A stretch of DNA of 64,000 nt from Thermodesulfobacteriota bacterium. GTDB taxonomy: Bacteria; Desulfobacterota; Binatia; Bin18. Below the pieces are notes generated by a model. That model did not search any database. It worked only from the letters and a program-made list of their open reading frames with translations, and had not been told where the DNA came from. Within the stretch, counting starts at the first letter, position 1, and each line of letters opens with the position of its first letter. The DNA lies in assembly GCA_964291405.2 (NCBI GenBank), contig OZ219926.1:2592001-2656000 (forward strand), read 5' to 3'. Below are positions 48,345-58,060 of the stretch, in pieces. Made by a program: the position numbers and the translations under genes.

Positions 48345-49463
48345 ATGCATCCAGACGACATCAAAGAATATCGCCGCCGGCACGTCCCCGTCTTTAATGA
48401 CAATAAGATGAAGCTGGGTATTTTTGGTCAGAACTGTAGCTATGGCTGTACCATCACCCATGCCGAGTCCACCTTTGAGCCCACCTACGAACATAGTGTA
48501 CTGATTTCCCGGCAGGCCGATGACTTGGGATTCGAACTCCTGGTGCCCGTCGGACGCTGGAAGGGCTTTGGCGGGAGCACCGATTTTAACGGGACCTGCA
48601 TGGAGACCTATACCTGGGCCACGGCCATGGCCACCCAGACCAAAAACATCATGCTCTTCTCCACCTCGCACGTCCCGACCATTCATCCGATTATGGCCGC
48701 CAAGCAGGGCGCAACGATTGACCACATTTCCCATGGGCGCTGGGGCCTGAACATCGTGTGCGGCTGGTTCTCGCCGGAGATGGAAATGTTTGCGGCCAAA
48801 CAGATGGAACACGACGAGCGCTACCGGTACGCCGGCGAGTGGCTCCAGGTCATTAAGCGCCTATGGACCGAGCAGAATTTTGATCACGCAGGCGAGTTCT
48901 TCCAGGTCAAAGACGGCTATCTGCTGCCCAAGCCGATCCAACAGCCCTATCCGGCTTTGATTAACGCCGGCTTCTCTCCCGCCGGCCAAAACTTCTCCGC
49001 GCGTGAGGTGGATTTTAATTTTATCCAGGTCGATACCCTGGAGCACGGCAAAGAGGTCGTCGCGGATGTGAAAAAACAGGCCAATGCCTATGGGCGAGAG
49101 ATAGGCATGATGTCCTACGGTTTTGTCGTCTGCCGCGACACGGAAAAAGAAGCCAAACAGGCCTATAATTATGTCGTTGAAAACGGGGACTGGGCCGCGG
49201 CCCGCAATATCCTGAACCTGCTTGGCGTTGAGAGTCAGTCGTTTAGCGAAGCAACCCTCACCCAGTTTGCCGAACGCTTTATTGCCGGTTGGGGCGGCTA
49301 TCCCCTGGTCGGCACGCCGGAACAGGTCGTCGATGAAATGGTCAAGCTGGCCGGTACCGGTATCGAAGGGCTGATTGTCTCCTGGCTGGATTATAACGAA
49401 GAGCTGAAATATTTCGGCGAGCGCGTCATGCCGCTGATGCGCCAGGCAGGGTTACGAGGGTAA
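48345..49463 (+). CDS. LLM-class FMNH2-dependent monooxygenase (SfnG/RutA-like)
   Basis: RWKGFGG, HP..AAKQ.ATIDHIS.GRWGLNIVCGW, EHDERY, NAG.S..G. Confidence 0.9.
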   Translation: MHPDDIKEYRRRHVPVFNDNKMKLGIFGQNCSYGCTITHAESTFEPTYEHSVLISRQADDLGFELLVPVGRWKGFGGSTDFNGTCMETYTWATAMATQTKNIMLFSTSHVPTIHPIMAAKQGATIDHISHGRWGLNIVCGWFSPEMEMFAAKQMEHDERYRYAGEWLQVIKRLWTEQNFDHAGEFFQVKDGYLLPKPIQQPYPALINAGFSPAGQNFSAREVDFNFIQVDTLEHGKEVVADVKKQANAYGREIGMMSYGFVVCRDTEKEAKQAYNYVVENGDWAAARNILNLLGVESQSFSEATLTQFAERFIAGWGGYPLVGTPEQVVDEMVKLAGTGIEGLIVSWLDYNEELKYFGERVMPLMRQAGLRG

Positions 49464-49557
49464 ATGTTTTTTCTCCTGTCCGCCTGGAGAATCTCCGCTC
49501 GTATTTATCGGATGCTACGCTGTTCCCTCTCGGCTACAGAATTTTCGTCTCCCTTCA

Positions 49558-49587
49558 TTGCCCCTCCCCTCCCTTCGACAGTACAAT
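49558..49587 (+). promoter_or_regulatory. Promoter probably giving a leaderless kynA transcript
   Basis: TTGCCC-N18-TACAAT-N7-ATG, no SD sequence. Confidence 0.6.
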
Positions 49588-49594
49588 AACGGCC

Positions 49595-50419
49595 ATGCCA
49601 CAGGCAAAACCGGACCTGACATACGAGTCCTACCTCCGCCTGCCGGAACTGCTCAGCCTCCAGACGCTTCAGTCCAACCCACCCGCTCACGATGAACTCC
49701 AGTTCATCATTGTCCACCAAAGCTATGAACTCTGGTTTCGGTTGCTGCTGTACGAAGTCCGCACCATCATTGGCCATCTGCGGGCCGGACGGGTACGACA
49801 GGCGATTTGGCTGATACGGCGACTCATTGAGATCGAGCGAGTGATGATCCAGCAGGTCCAGGTACTGGAAACCATGTCGCCGGCGCACTTTCTTGAGTTT
49901 CGCGATTTGCTCAGACCGGCCAGCGGCTTGCAGTCCTTACAGTTTCGAGAGCTCGAATTCCTGTCCGGCCTCCGAGACGAACGCTTCTTTGAAGTGTTCG
50001 CCGGGAGCGAGGCTTCCCGGCAGCGGCTTCAGGCGGCCTATGACGACCCCAACCTGTGGAGCACTTTTTGTGAACTCTTACACAGCCGTGGCTTTGAGAC
50101 GGATACGGTGGAGCAACAGGAGCAGGCGGTCGAGCACATCTATACCGACCCCCGGTATTTGGATCTGCACCAGCTGTGTGAGGTCATGGTCGAATATGAC
50201 GAACAGTTTTGTATCTGGCGCTCCCGTCACGCCTTAATGGCCGAACGCATGGTTGGCGCAAAGCCCGGTACGGGAGACGCATACACCGGAAAACTTGTCG
50301 GTCGCGCGTCCTTCCAAGCTCCAGGCGTCCGCTATCTTCAGGGACGGATCAGCGTCCGTTTCTTCCCTATTCTCTGGGGTGTCAGAACTCAACTCGGCGG
50401 AGGGCCGTATGATACATGA
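49595..50419 (+). CDS. kynA: Tryptophan 2,3-dioxygenase
   Basis: Y..YL.L..LL, HDE..FI.VHQ.YELWF, F..FR..L..ASG.QS.QFR..EF, WR..H proximal His, KPGTG. Confidence 0.93.
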   Translation: MPQAKPDLTYESYLRLPELLSLQTLQSNPPAHDELQFIIVHQSYELWFRLLLYEVRTIIGHLRAGRVRQAIWLIRRLIEIERVMIQQVQVLETMSPAHFLEFRDLLRPASGLQSLQFRELEFLSGLRDERFFEVFAGSEASRQRLQAAYDDPNLWSTFCELLHSRGFETDTVEQQEQAVEHIYTDPRYLDLHQLCEVMVEYDEQFCIWRSRHALMAERMVGAKPGTGDAYTGKLVGRASFQAPGVRYLQGRISVRFFPILWGVRTQLGGGPYDT

Positions 50420-51548
50420 TCTATCCCGCTGGCGGACGGCGTTTCCCATCCTCGAAACCTCAACCTATCTGATTTCCCATTCCATGGGCGCAATGCCTAG
50501 GGCCACGACGGACCGGCTAAACGAGTATGCCGCAAGCTGGCAGCAGGAAGGGAGTGCGGTGTGGGACCGCTGGATGGGATTTTTCGAGGAAACCGCCGGA
50601 CTTCTTGGCCGGTTTCTCAACGCCGAGCCGAATAGCGTAGTCATGCACCAGAATGTGTCCGCCCTGTTTAACGCCGCGCTGTCCTGTTTTGACTTCGGTG
50701 GCAAGCGCAATAAAATTCTGTACGCCGAACTGACCTTTCCCACTCTGCGCTATAATATTCAGTCCCGAGCCAGGTACGGCGCCCGGCCCGTGATGATCCC
50801 TTCTCCAGACGGCATTCGACAACCAGCCGAACGTTTTATCGAGGCCATTGGCGACGAGACGCTGCTGCTGGTCCTGGACCACGGTCTCTACCGTTCCGGC
50901 GCCTTGATCGATATTGCTCCCATTGTTCAGGCCGCTCATGCGCGTGGCGCCCAGGTTATTGTCGATGCCTATCAAACCGTTGGGACTGTCCCAATCGATG
51001 TGCAGGCCTGGCAGGCCGACTTTGTGGTCGGCGGGTCACATAAATGGTTATGTGGCGGACCGGGCGCGGCCTATCTGTACGTCCGTCCGGACCAACTGCT
51101 GTCACGCCACCCTGTGATGACCGGCTGGTTTTCGCAGGAGCAGCCCTTTGCCTTTGGCGATGATATTGACTACGCCCACAGCGCGCGGCGCTTTCTGGGC
51201 GGCACGCCCGGCATGTCAGCCATCTATGCCGCCCGCTCCGGCTACGAGATTCTTCTTGAGGTGGGCGTGGAAAAGATTCGGCAACGTAATATCGAGTTAT
51301 GCCAGCGCTTGATCGACGGCGCACGTTCCCGCGGTCTTCACATCAATACGCCTCCGGACGCCCAGGAACGCGGCGGCCTGGTGTGTATCGACTTCGACGG
51401 TGCGGCCCAAGCCGAAGCGCAACTTGTCGCCCGGCGGGTCTTTGTCGATTACCGCCCGCGCTGTGGTCTTCGTATTTCGCCTCATTTTTACACCACGGAA
51501 GACGAAATTGACCGCCTGTTTGAGGAGCTTGACGCGATCCGCACCTAA
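50409..51548 (+). CDS. kynU: Kynureninase-like PLP enzyme (aminotransferase class V)
   Basis: YL.SHS.G, DAYQ..G, GSHKWLCGGPG PLP lysine, GWF....PF, GTP; overlaps kynA. Confidence 0.75.
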   Translation: MIHDLSRWRTAFPILETSTYLISHSMGAMPRATTDRLNEYAASWQQEGSAVWDRWMGFFEETAGLLGRFLNAEPNSVVMHQNVSALFNAALSCFDFGGKRNKILYAELTFPTLRYNIQSRARYGARPVMIPSPDGIRQPAERFIEAIGDETLLLVLDHGLYRSGALIDIAPIVQAAHARGAQVIVDAYQTVGTVPIDVQAWQADFVVGGSHKWLCGGPGAAYLYVRPDQLLSRHPVMTGWFSQEQPFAFGDDIDYAHSARRFLGGTPGMSAIYAARSGYEILLEVGVEKIRQRNIELCQRLIDGARSRGLHINTPPDAQERGGLVCIDFDGAAQAEAQLVARRVFVDYRPRCGLRISPHFYTTEDEIDRLFEELDAIRT

Positions 51549-51550
51549 AC

Positions 51551-51934
51551 TCACACTCTGGATTCTATTCCCCGAGCAACTAAGTCCTCCACATCCACCT
51601 GAAGAGTCCGTGCGAGGGCGGTAAGGACTCGCACACTTCCTTCGCGGACGCCGGTTTCAATTTGGGACAGATAGGCGGGGGTGATACGAGCGGCTCGGGC
51701 TAAGGCCGCCTGTGTGAGTCCGCGATATTCCCGCCACACTTTAACCGGCTGTTCGCCCATGACTAATCGCTGCACAACGGCATGGGGTACGGTCTCTTCG
51801 TCTCTGCTGACCGCTTCATCAAAATCCCGCACGTCTTCTGCCATCTCAGCAGCCTCGGAGAGACGCCGATATTCCCTATAGGGAATGACTGCCCATTCTG
51901 GTTTCCCGTTTTTCTCAATAATTTGGACCTTCAT
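51551..51934 (-). CDS. XRE-HTH antitoxin (HigA-like)
   Basis: WREYRGLTQAALA...ITPAYLSQIETG; follows the RelE-family gene with a 4-bp overlap. Confidence 0.88.
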   Translation of the reverse strand: MKVQIIEKNGKPEWAVIPYREYRRLSEAAEMAEDVRDFDEAVSRDEETVPHAVVQRLVMGEQPVKVWREYRGLTQAALARAARITPAYLSQIETGVREGSVRVLTALARTLQVDVEDLVARGIESRV

Positions 51935-52188
51935 TTATACACATCCCCCCGAGGGCCGATCTTAACAACCTCAATAATCAATTGGTCTTCTTCAATATGA
52001 TAAAGTGCCCGCCAGTTACCGATCCGAAGGCGATATCCTTCACGTCCTGCTAATTGTTTAATATCAAGCTTCCGCTGTGGCTTCCCAGTTGCAAGAGCCT
52101 CAAATGCCGAGAGGAAACGCGTTGCTAGGGAGTGCGGCATGCGTCGAAGCATCTTGGTCGCAGTCTTGCGATACACCACCCGATACAC
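51931..52188 (-). CDS. RelE/ParE-family toxin (toxin-first, HigB arrangement)
   Basis: YRLRIGNWRALY, IGPRGDVYK. Confidence 0.92.
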   Translation of the reverse strand: MYRVVYRKTATKMLRRMPHSLATRFLSAFEALATGKPQRKLDIKQLAGREGYRLRIGNWRALYHIEEDQLIIEVVKIGPRGDVYK

Positions 52189-52194
52189 AGCCCG

Positions 52195-52223
52195 ATATTA
52201 GCTTTTTGCTATTTTCGAAGCAA
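52195..52223 (-). promoter_or_regulatory. Promoter probably giving a leaderless toxin transcript
   Basis: TTGCTT-N17-TAATAT-N6-GTG. Confidence 0.6.
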
Positions 52224-52286
52224 TCGATTCGTTAATATCTTTCTGTTGAACCCTAGATGTCTCTTATGGCAAGATGCGGGGCCGAC

Positions 52287-52706
52287 ATGTCAACCGCACA
52301 AGAAAAACCGCGTCCCCTGATCGATGACCTCACCCGTCCGTTCTGGGAGGCAGCCAGGGAATATCGCCTGGTTATTCAGCGCTGCCAGGACTGTCGTTAT
52401 TTTAACCACCCGCCCCGCCCGGTGTGTAATGCCTGTCATAGTGCAGCTCTCGCGTTCGAGCCGGTCAGCGGCCGAGGCACGATCTACAGTTTTAGTGTGA
52501 TGTACCAGCCCAACGTGACCGGTTTTGGGGACGAACTCCCCTACCTCAATATTCTTGTCGAGCTTGAAGAACAGCCGCAACTCTTTCTGGTCTCCAATCT
52601 GCCCGAGGCGCAGCGTGACCAGGTCCGAATTGGTGGAAGAGTCGAAGTCTATTTCGAGGATGTCGATGCGGAGCTGACGCTGCCCAAGTTCCGTCTCGTT
52701 GCTTGA
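52287..52706 (+). CDS. DUF35 Zn-ribbon/OB-fold protein
   Basis: PFWEAA...L.IQRC..C....PP..VC..C, G.IYSF. Confidence 0.92.
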   Translation: MSTAQEKPRPLIDDLTRPFWEAAREYRLVIQRCQDCRYFNHPPRPVCNACHSAALAFEPVSGRGTIYSFSVMYQPNVTGFGDELPYLNILVELEEQPQLFLVSNLPEAQRDQVRIGGRVEVYFEDVDAELTLPKFRLVA

Positions 52707-52721
52707 CCAAAGGACGCACCC

Positions 52722-53909
52722 ATGAGCTGGCACGGAAAAGGCAAAACCGCCATCGTTGGCATTGGCTACTCCGAACTGAGCCGCCGACCCCAGAAGTCCC
52801 TCGGTGCGCTAAGCCTGGATGCCTGTCGGGCCGCCCTTGATGACGCCGGGCTGCCGGCCGAGCGGGTTGACGGCCTTGCCACTTTTCCTGAAGCGCCTTT
52901 TCACGGCGCGGGCACGCAGGACGGCGAGCAGATTGTCAGCGTCGAATACGTGATGAACCACCTCCCGCTTGCGCCTGATATTCAGTGGTATGCGCAAATC
53001 GAAACCGGCCTGATCGCGAGTGCGGTTATTGAGGGGGTCAACGCCCTGTTGGCCGAGGCGTGCGAGTATGTGCTGGTCTGGCGCGCGCTCCACAACCCGC
53101 GTGGCCGTTATGGGGCGTGGTCCGGTAACCGGGCTCCTGGCGACGCCCAATTCATGGCCCCGTATGGTTGTACGAGTATATTTCAGTGGCACGCCATGGC
53201 CTGGCAGCGTTATATGCATCGCTACGGCGCCACCCGAGAGCATCTCGCGACCTTTGTGACGAATAGCCGGCGGAATGCGAATCTCAATCCAAACGCCTAT
53301 TTTTACACTACGCCCATGACCCGTGACGATTATTTCGCCGCACGCTGGATCGCAGAGCCCCTCTGTTTGTTTGACTGCGATATTCCGGTTGAAGGCTGTG
53401 TCGCGCTCGTCCTGACCACGGCAGAGCGTGCCGCCGACCTCCAACATCCACCGGCCTATATCGCTGGCTACGGACAGAACACGAGCCGCCGCCGCTCGCT
53501 GTTTCACTATTCGTTGGATAATTATATGGAGTCCGGTTACTCGCTGGCCAGCAAGCTCTGGGCCTCTTCGGGCTTGGGACCCCAGGATATGAGCGCCGCC
53601 GAGCTATACGATGGATTCAGTCCCTCAACGCTGTATTGGCTGGAAGCGGCAGGATTCTGTGGACAAGGCGAAGCTTACAGCTTCATTCAGGACGGGCGCA
53701 TTGCCCTGGAAGGTGAGCTGCCGGTCAATACGTTCGGCGGCAGTCTGAGTGAGGGTCGCCTGCACGGTATGGGTCATATTGCCGAAGCCGTCATGCAGGT
53801 GACCGACCGAGCGGAAAAGCGCCAAGTTCCCAACGCCTCAGCCGTCTGTGCCATTGACGGTTCCCCCATGTTGCGGGGAAGCGGCCTGGTGATCGTACGG
53901 GAGCCGTGA
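52722..53909 (+). CDS. SCP-x/Ltp2-type thiolase-like protein
   Basis: AIVGIG, N...NP.A, PL..FDCD, AELYDGF, PVNT.GG.LSEG. Confidence 0.9.
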   Translation: MSWHGKGKTAIVGIGYSELSRRPQKSLGALSLDACRAALDDAGLPAERVDGLATFPEAPFHGAGTQDGEQIVSVEYVMNHLPLAPDIQWYAQIETGLIASAVIEGVNALLAEACEYVLVWRALHNPRGRYGAWSGNRAPGDAQFMAPYGCTSIFQWHAMAWQRYMHRYGATREHLATFVTNSRRNANLNPNAYFYTTPMTRDDYFAARWIAEPLCLFDCDIPVEGCVALVLTTAERAADLQHPPAYIAGYGQNTSRRRSLFHYSLDNYMESGYSLASKLWASSGLGPQDMSAAELYDGFSPSTLYWLEAAGFCGQGEAYSFIQDGRIALEGELPVNTFGGSLSEGRLHGMGHIAEAVMQVTDRAEKRQVPNASAVCAIDGSPMLRGSGLVIVREP

Positions 53910-54005
53910 GGGAGGGGTTCACCGTCGGCCTGGGGTATAGGCATACTCTTTAGCCATTTTGGCAGTTGATTCATCGTCAGGCTCGCCTCGCTCACGCCGC
54001 CGGCC

Positions 54006-54416
54006 TCAATCCTTCCAGGGATTCAACAGTTCGACACCCGTGGCGACGAAGTCGGACTCGTTGCGAGTGACAACTGTGAGACGGTGATGCAGTGCGGTGG
54101 CAGCGATCAGGCTGTCAATGGCAGGGATATTATGATTCCTGGCGATGAGGCGGCCCCACGTATCCGCTACACCAGCGTCAATCGGTAGAACGTGGTCTCC
54201 CACCCAGGCCAGCAAATCTGTTTCCAGCCACGCGATGAGCCGCGCACGGCGACGGCCTGCCCCCAGCATCATCGCCCCTTTTCGGATCTCGCCCAGGGTC
54301 AGGACGCTCACGAACATGGCGGTTTGCGGTGTCACGCGGAACCACTCGGAAACCCGGTGCGCAGGCCTCGGCTTGAGCAGTTCCGATAGCGTGCAGGTGT
54401 CTATAAGAAAGCTCAC
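54006..54416 (-). CDS. vapC: VapC PIN-domain toxin
   Basis: LIDT..LSE, TLGEI, DSLIAATA, VTRN..DF, NPW. Confidence 0.92.
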   Translation of the reverse strand: MSFLIDTCTLSELLKPRPAHRVSEWFRVTPQTAMFVSVLTLGEIRKGAMMLGAGRRRARLIAWLETDLLAWVGDHVLPIDAGVADTWGRLIARNHNIPAIDSLIAATALHHRLTVVTRNESDFVATGVELLNPWKD

Positions 54417-54661
54417 AGGTCGATATCACGCGGCAGCGACTTGTCACGCTCAATGTCCAACTCCACACCCACCAGAGAGGAAGCCCGCAGAAACTCGGCC
54501 ATCGAGGGTTGAGGACGCTTCAGACGGTCATAGTCGTCCGCGGAAAGAACGACTGCGGCCCGGCGGCCATGGACGGTAATCGTCTGTGGCCCGTCGGTCT
54601 CGGCACTGCGCACCAAGGTGCTGAAACGCGCTTTTGCCTCCTGTACTTGCCAGTTTTTCAT
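54413..54661 (-). CDS. Phd/YefM antitoxin
   Basis: WQVQEAKARFS.LV......PQ.IT.HG...AVV. Confidence 0.92.
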   Translation of the reverse strand: MKNWQVQEAKARFSTLVRSAETDGPQTITVHGRRAAVVLSADDYDRLKRPQPSMAEFLRASSLVGVELDIERDKSLPRDIDL

Positions 54662-54671
54662 AATTCGTCCA

Positions 54672-54698
54672 TTCTGACCTTTCTGACCAGAAAATATA
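54672..54698 (-). promoter_or_regulatory. Putative autoregulatory operator and -10 of the phd-vapC operon
   Basis: Direct repeat TTCTGACC x2, inverted repeat TTCTG..CAGAA, adjacent TATATT. Confidence 0.5.
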
Positions 54699-54699
54699 C

Positions 54700-54739
54700 G
54701 GAGCGCGACGGCAGCGCAATAGTTCTGCCGTTACGCTCC
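54700..54739. repeat. Intergenic hairpin GGAGCGCGACGGCAG..CTGCCGTTACGCTCC
   Basis: 15-bp imperfect stem between the divergent phd and cobW-like genes. Confidence 0.5.
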
Positions 54740-54813
54740 AAGCCTCTCGTTCAGCAAGGCGACCCGCGTCCGGCCTTCCCCGCGCTCGTGAATCCTGGAA
54801 TACTGTTGACACT

Positions 54814-55797
54814 ATGGACGAGCAAAAAGAGCGGATTGTTTTCTCTGACGCCGAGCGTATTCCGGTCCATTTGATTTCCGGTTTTCTGGGCAGCGGCAAG
54901 ACGACCCTGCTGCGCCGTCTCCTTGATTATTGCCTGACCCAGGGGCTCAAACCCGCGGTCATGATGAATGAGTATGGGGAGGTCAACATCGATGGCGAGC
55001 TGCTCCGCGGGCAAGGCTATACTATCCGGGAAATGACCAATGGCTGCATTTGTTGCACGATTGGCGGCACCCTGGGCCTCGCGCTCCAGGACGTCGCCGC
55101 CCTCAAGCCGGATGTCATTTTTATTGAAGCCACCGGCCTCGCCGACCCGGTCGAACTCATGGATCAAGCCACAAAAGAAGAAGTCCTGCCCCTGGTCCGC
55201 CTGGCGTCGCTGGTTGCCGTTCTCGACCCTGTCAATTTCAGCCGCTTGGCCGAAGAAGTGCACTCGGGCATTCGTCAACAGACGGAGCTCGCTGATATCG
55301 TGGTGTTAAACAAACGAGACCTGGCAGAAGAGTCTGTCCTGGCCGAACTGGAGGCGCAGATTCGTCAGTTAAATCCGCGCACGGCGATTGTTCGGACAGA
55401 GCGCGGAGAAATGGATTACGCTCAGATTGTCTACCGCCAAACAGATAAACATGCTGGGCACGTTTCCGCTTCGCGACAGGCACCGGTGCATGACCATTTT
55501 CATACGCTGACGTGTCTGTGCGAAGCCCCGCTGATCCGAGAACAGTTTGAGCAGTTAATGCGCAACCTGCCGGACACGGTGTGGCGCGCCAAAGGGTTTG
55601 TACGGTTTACCGACTCGGACGAGCAGTGGATGTTTCAATATGTGACCGGCGAATTCGACATGGAGTGGCTGGATTTATTACCCGAGCCGCCCGAGCACGT
55701 CGTTTTTATCGGCAAGGGTTTTGATCGGGACGGGCTGCAGCATGCCCTGCGGGAATGCCAACCGAGGGACAACGCGGAAGTCGCATGGACACGCTAG
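54814..55797 (+). CDS. COG0523/CobW-family metallochaperone GTPase
   Basis: GFLGSGKTT, NEYG, GCICC, EATG, NKRD, His-rich linker, RAKG C-terminal domain. Confidence 0.93.
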   Translation: MDEQKERIVFSDAERIPVHLISGFLGSGKTTLLRRLLDYCLTQGLKPAVMMNEYGEVNIDGELLRGQGYTIREMTNGCICCTIGGTLGLALQDVAALKPDVIFIEATGLADPVELMDQATKEEVLPLVRLASLVAVLDPVNFSRLAEEVHSGIRQQTELADIVVLNKRDLAEESVLAELEAQIRQLNPRTAIVRTERGEMDYAQIVYRQTDKHAGHVSASRQAPVHDHFHTLTCLCEAPLIREQFEQLMRNLPDTVWRAKGFVRFTDSDEQWMFQYVTGEFDMEWLDLLPEPPEHVVFIGKGFDRDGLQHALRECQPRDNAEVAWTR

Positions 55798-55842
55798 GCA
55801 GAGCAGACGCGGAAGGACAGCACGCCGACAAGGAGGGCCAGT

Positions 55843-56457
55843 ATGATTTATGAAGTCCGGACCTATCGCCTCAAACCAGGGACGCTGGCCGAATGCGAGC
55901 GGCTCTTTGGTGACGCCCTGCCGCGACGCGAGGAATTTTCCCCGCTCGGGGCGTTCTGGCATACTGAGATCGGCCCGCTCAACGAGATTATTCATGTCTG
56001 GCCGTATGAGAGCCTTCAGCAACGGACGGAGGCGAGAGCGCAGGCCATGCAAAGCGGGGCGTGGCCTCCTCCGATCGGCACGTTCATCGAGCACATGGAA
56101 TCCGAAATTTTTATCCCCGCGCCTTTTATGGAACCGCTCGGCAAGCGGCAGCTTGGTCCGGTGTATGAGATCCGCACCTATATATACCGGCCTGGGGCCA
56201 TGCCGACCGTGTTGGAGCGTTGGGCCAAAGCCATCAATGCCCGGACCGAGCTTTCACCCCTGGCCGCCTGCTGGTATAGCGATCTCGGGACGCTCAATAA
56301 ATTCGTCCATATCTGGCCCTACGCCAGCCTGGACGAGCGTAGCCGCGTCTGGGCCGAGGCCGCTCAACTGCCCAATTGGCCGCCCGGCACGCGGGAGTTG
56401 CTGCTGACCCAGCAGAACAAAATTGTCCTGCCGGCAGCGTTTTCGCCTATGCAGTAG
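55843..56457 (+). CDS. NIPSNAP family protein (two domains)
   Basis: Two repeats of YE.RTY....G and HIWPY.SL..R. Confidence 0.92.
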   Translation: MIYEVRTYRLKPGTLAECERLFGDALPRREEFSPLGAFWHTEIGPLNEIIHVWPYESLQQRTEARAQAMQSGAWPPPIGTFIEHMESEIFIPAPFMEPLGKRQLGPVYEIRTYIYRPGAMPTVLERWAKAINARTELSPLAACWYSDLGTLNKFVHIWPYASLDERSRVWAEAAQLPNWPPGTRELLLTQQNKIVLPAAFSPMQ

Positions 56458-56500
56458 ACTGGCTGGGACGCCGCCACAAAAAACGTGAAAGACACTCCAC

Positions 56501-58060
56501 ATGAGTTGGGAAAAAGAAGTCCAGGGCATTGAGCAACGCAGACAGATCGCCCGAGAGCTGGGCGGGCCTGAAGCGGTGGCCAAGCAACATGACCGGGGAC
56601 GATTGACCGTCCGCGAGCGCGTGGACCAGTTGCTCGATACTGACTCTTTCCGTGAACAAGGACCGATTGCCGGCTACTCCGAAACCGACGAGCAGGGCCA
56701 ACTCCGCTCGTTTACCCCCGCAAATTATGTTGTTGGCTTCGGCAATATCGAAGGCCGCCCCTGTGTGGTTGGTGGCGAGGACTTTACCCTCAAGGGCGGC
56801 TCGCCCTCGTCCGCCGGCTTTCGCAAGAGTGTGTGGGCCGAAGAGTTGGCGTGTCGCTACCGGCTGCCCCTCATTCGCTTCCTCGAAGGTGGCGGCGGGA
56901 GTGTCCCCCGTGGGAAAAACAGTGGCGAAACAACCGGGAGTACGGAGTCGGTGAACGCCCCGCCCCGGTTCATGTCGGTCATGCAGGCCATGTCCATGGT
57001 GCCGGTTGCGTCTGCCGCCTTGGGAGCCGTAGCCGGTCTGCCCGCGGCCCGCCTGGTCGCCTCCCATTTCTCGATCATGACCCAGAAGTCCTCGCAGGTG
57101 ATGATTGGCGGACCGGCTCTGGTGGAACGCGCCTTCGGTCAGCCGATCACCAAGGAAGAACTCGGCGGCCCGCACATCCACCTGCGTAGCGGCGTGGTGG
57201 ACAATGTCGCGGAGGACGAGCCCGCCGTCTTTACCCAAATCCGGCAATTTCTGAGCTATCTACCGACCAATGTCTGGGAAGCGGCGCCGGTCCAGCCCAG
57301 CGAGGACGACCGCAACCGTCAGGAAGAAGAACTGCTTCGCATTATTCCGCGCAACCGCAGGCGTGCGTATCCGATGCGGCGGGTGATTGAGTGCATTGTT
57401 GACCGCGACTCATTTTTTGAGATTGCGCCCCTGTACGGCCCGTCTCAAATTACCGGGTTGGCCCGGATGAACGGCCAGCCGGTCGGGATTCTGGCAAACG
57501 ATCCGCAGTGGTATGCCGGCGCCATGACCGCTGAGGGCGCCCAAAAAGTGAAACGGCATATTGATCTGTGTGACACGTTTCACCTGCCCATGGTTAGCCT
57601 GGTGGATGAACCCGGTTTCATGATCGGACCGGAGGCCGAGCAGAGCGCCACTATTCGTTATGGGACGGCGGCCATCTTTGCCCTCATGCAATGCACCATT
57701 CCCTGGGTGTCGGTCATCGTCCGCAAGGTCTACGGCGTGGCCGGTGTGGCCCACTTCGGGCCGGGTGGGATGGTGTTTGCCTGGCCGTCGGCCGAGAGTG
57801 GTGCCCTGCCGCTGGAGGGGGGAGTCGCGGTCGCCTATCGGCGCGAAATCGCCGCCGCACCAGACCCGGAGGCCAAGCGCCGGGAAATTGAAGAAGCACT
57901 CGCCAGCAAACGCTCAGTCTACGCCCGGGCCGAAGGCTTCGCCGTCCACGATATGATTGACCCCAGACACACCCGACCGGTGCTGTGTGACTGGGTGGAC
58001 TGGATTCAGCCCCAACTCTCAGCGCATACCGGCCCCCGCGCCTATACGATCAGGCCCTAG
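56501..58060 (+). CDS. Acyl-CoA carboxylase carboxyltransferase (PccB-like)
   Basis: GRLTVRER, DFT..GGS, GP..V, KEELGG, D.PGF. Confidence 0.9.
   Translation: MSWEKEVQGIEQRRQIARELGGPEAVAKQHDRGRLTVRERVDQLLDTDSFREQGPIAGYSETDEQGQLRSFTPANYVVGFGNIEGRPCVVGGEDFTLKGGSPSSAGFRKSVWAEELACRYRLPLIRFLEGGGGSVPRGKNSGETTGSTESVNAPPRFMSVMQAMSMVPVASAALGAVAGLPAARLVASHFSIMTQKSSQVMIGGPALVERAFGQPITKEELGGPHIHLRSGVVDNVAEDEPAVFTQIRQFLSYLPTNVWEAAPVQPSEDDRNRQEEELLRIIPRNRRRAYPMRRVIECIVDRDSFFEIAPLYGPSQITGLARMNGQPVGILANDPQWYAGAMTAEGAQKVKRHIDLCDTFHLPMVSLVDEPGFMIGPEAEQSATIRYGTAAIFALMQCTIPWVSVIVRKVYGVAGVAHFGPGGMVFAWPSAESGALPLEGGVAVAYRREIAAAPDPEAKRREIEEALASKRSVYARAEGFAVHDMIDPRHTRPVLCDWVDWIQPQLSAHTGPRAYTIRP

Noticed and set aside
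54700-54813. Cobalamin riboswitch upstream of the cobW-like gene
   Set aside because: Region is short and lacks B12-box and core riboswitch motifs; only a simple hairpin is present
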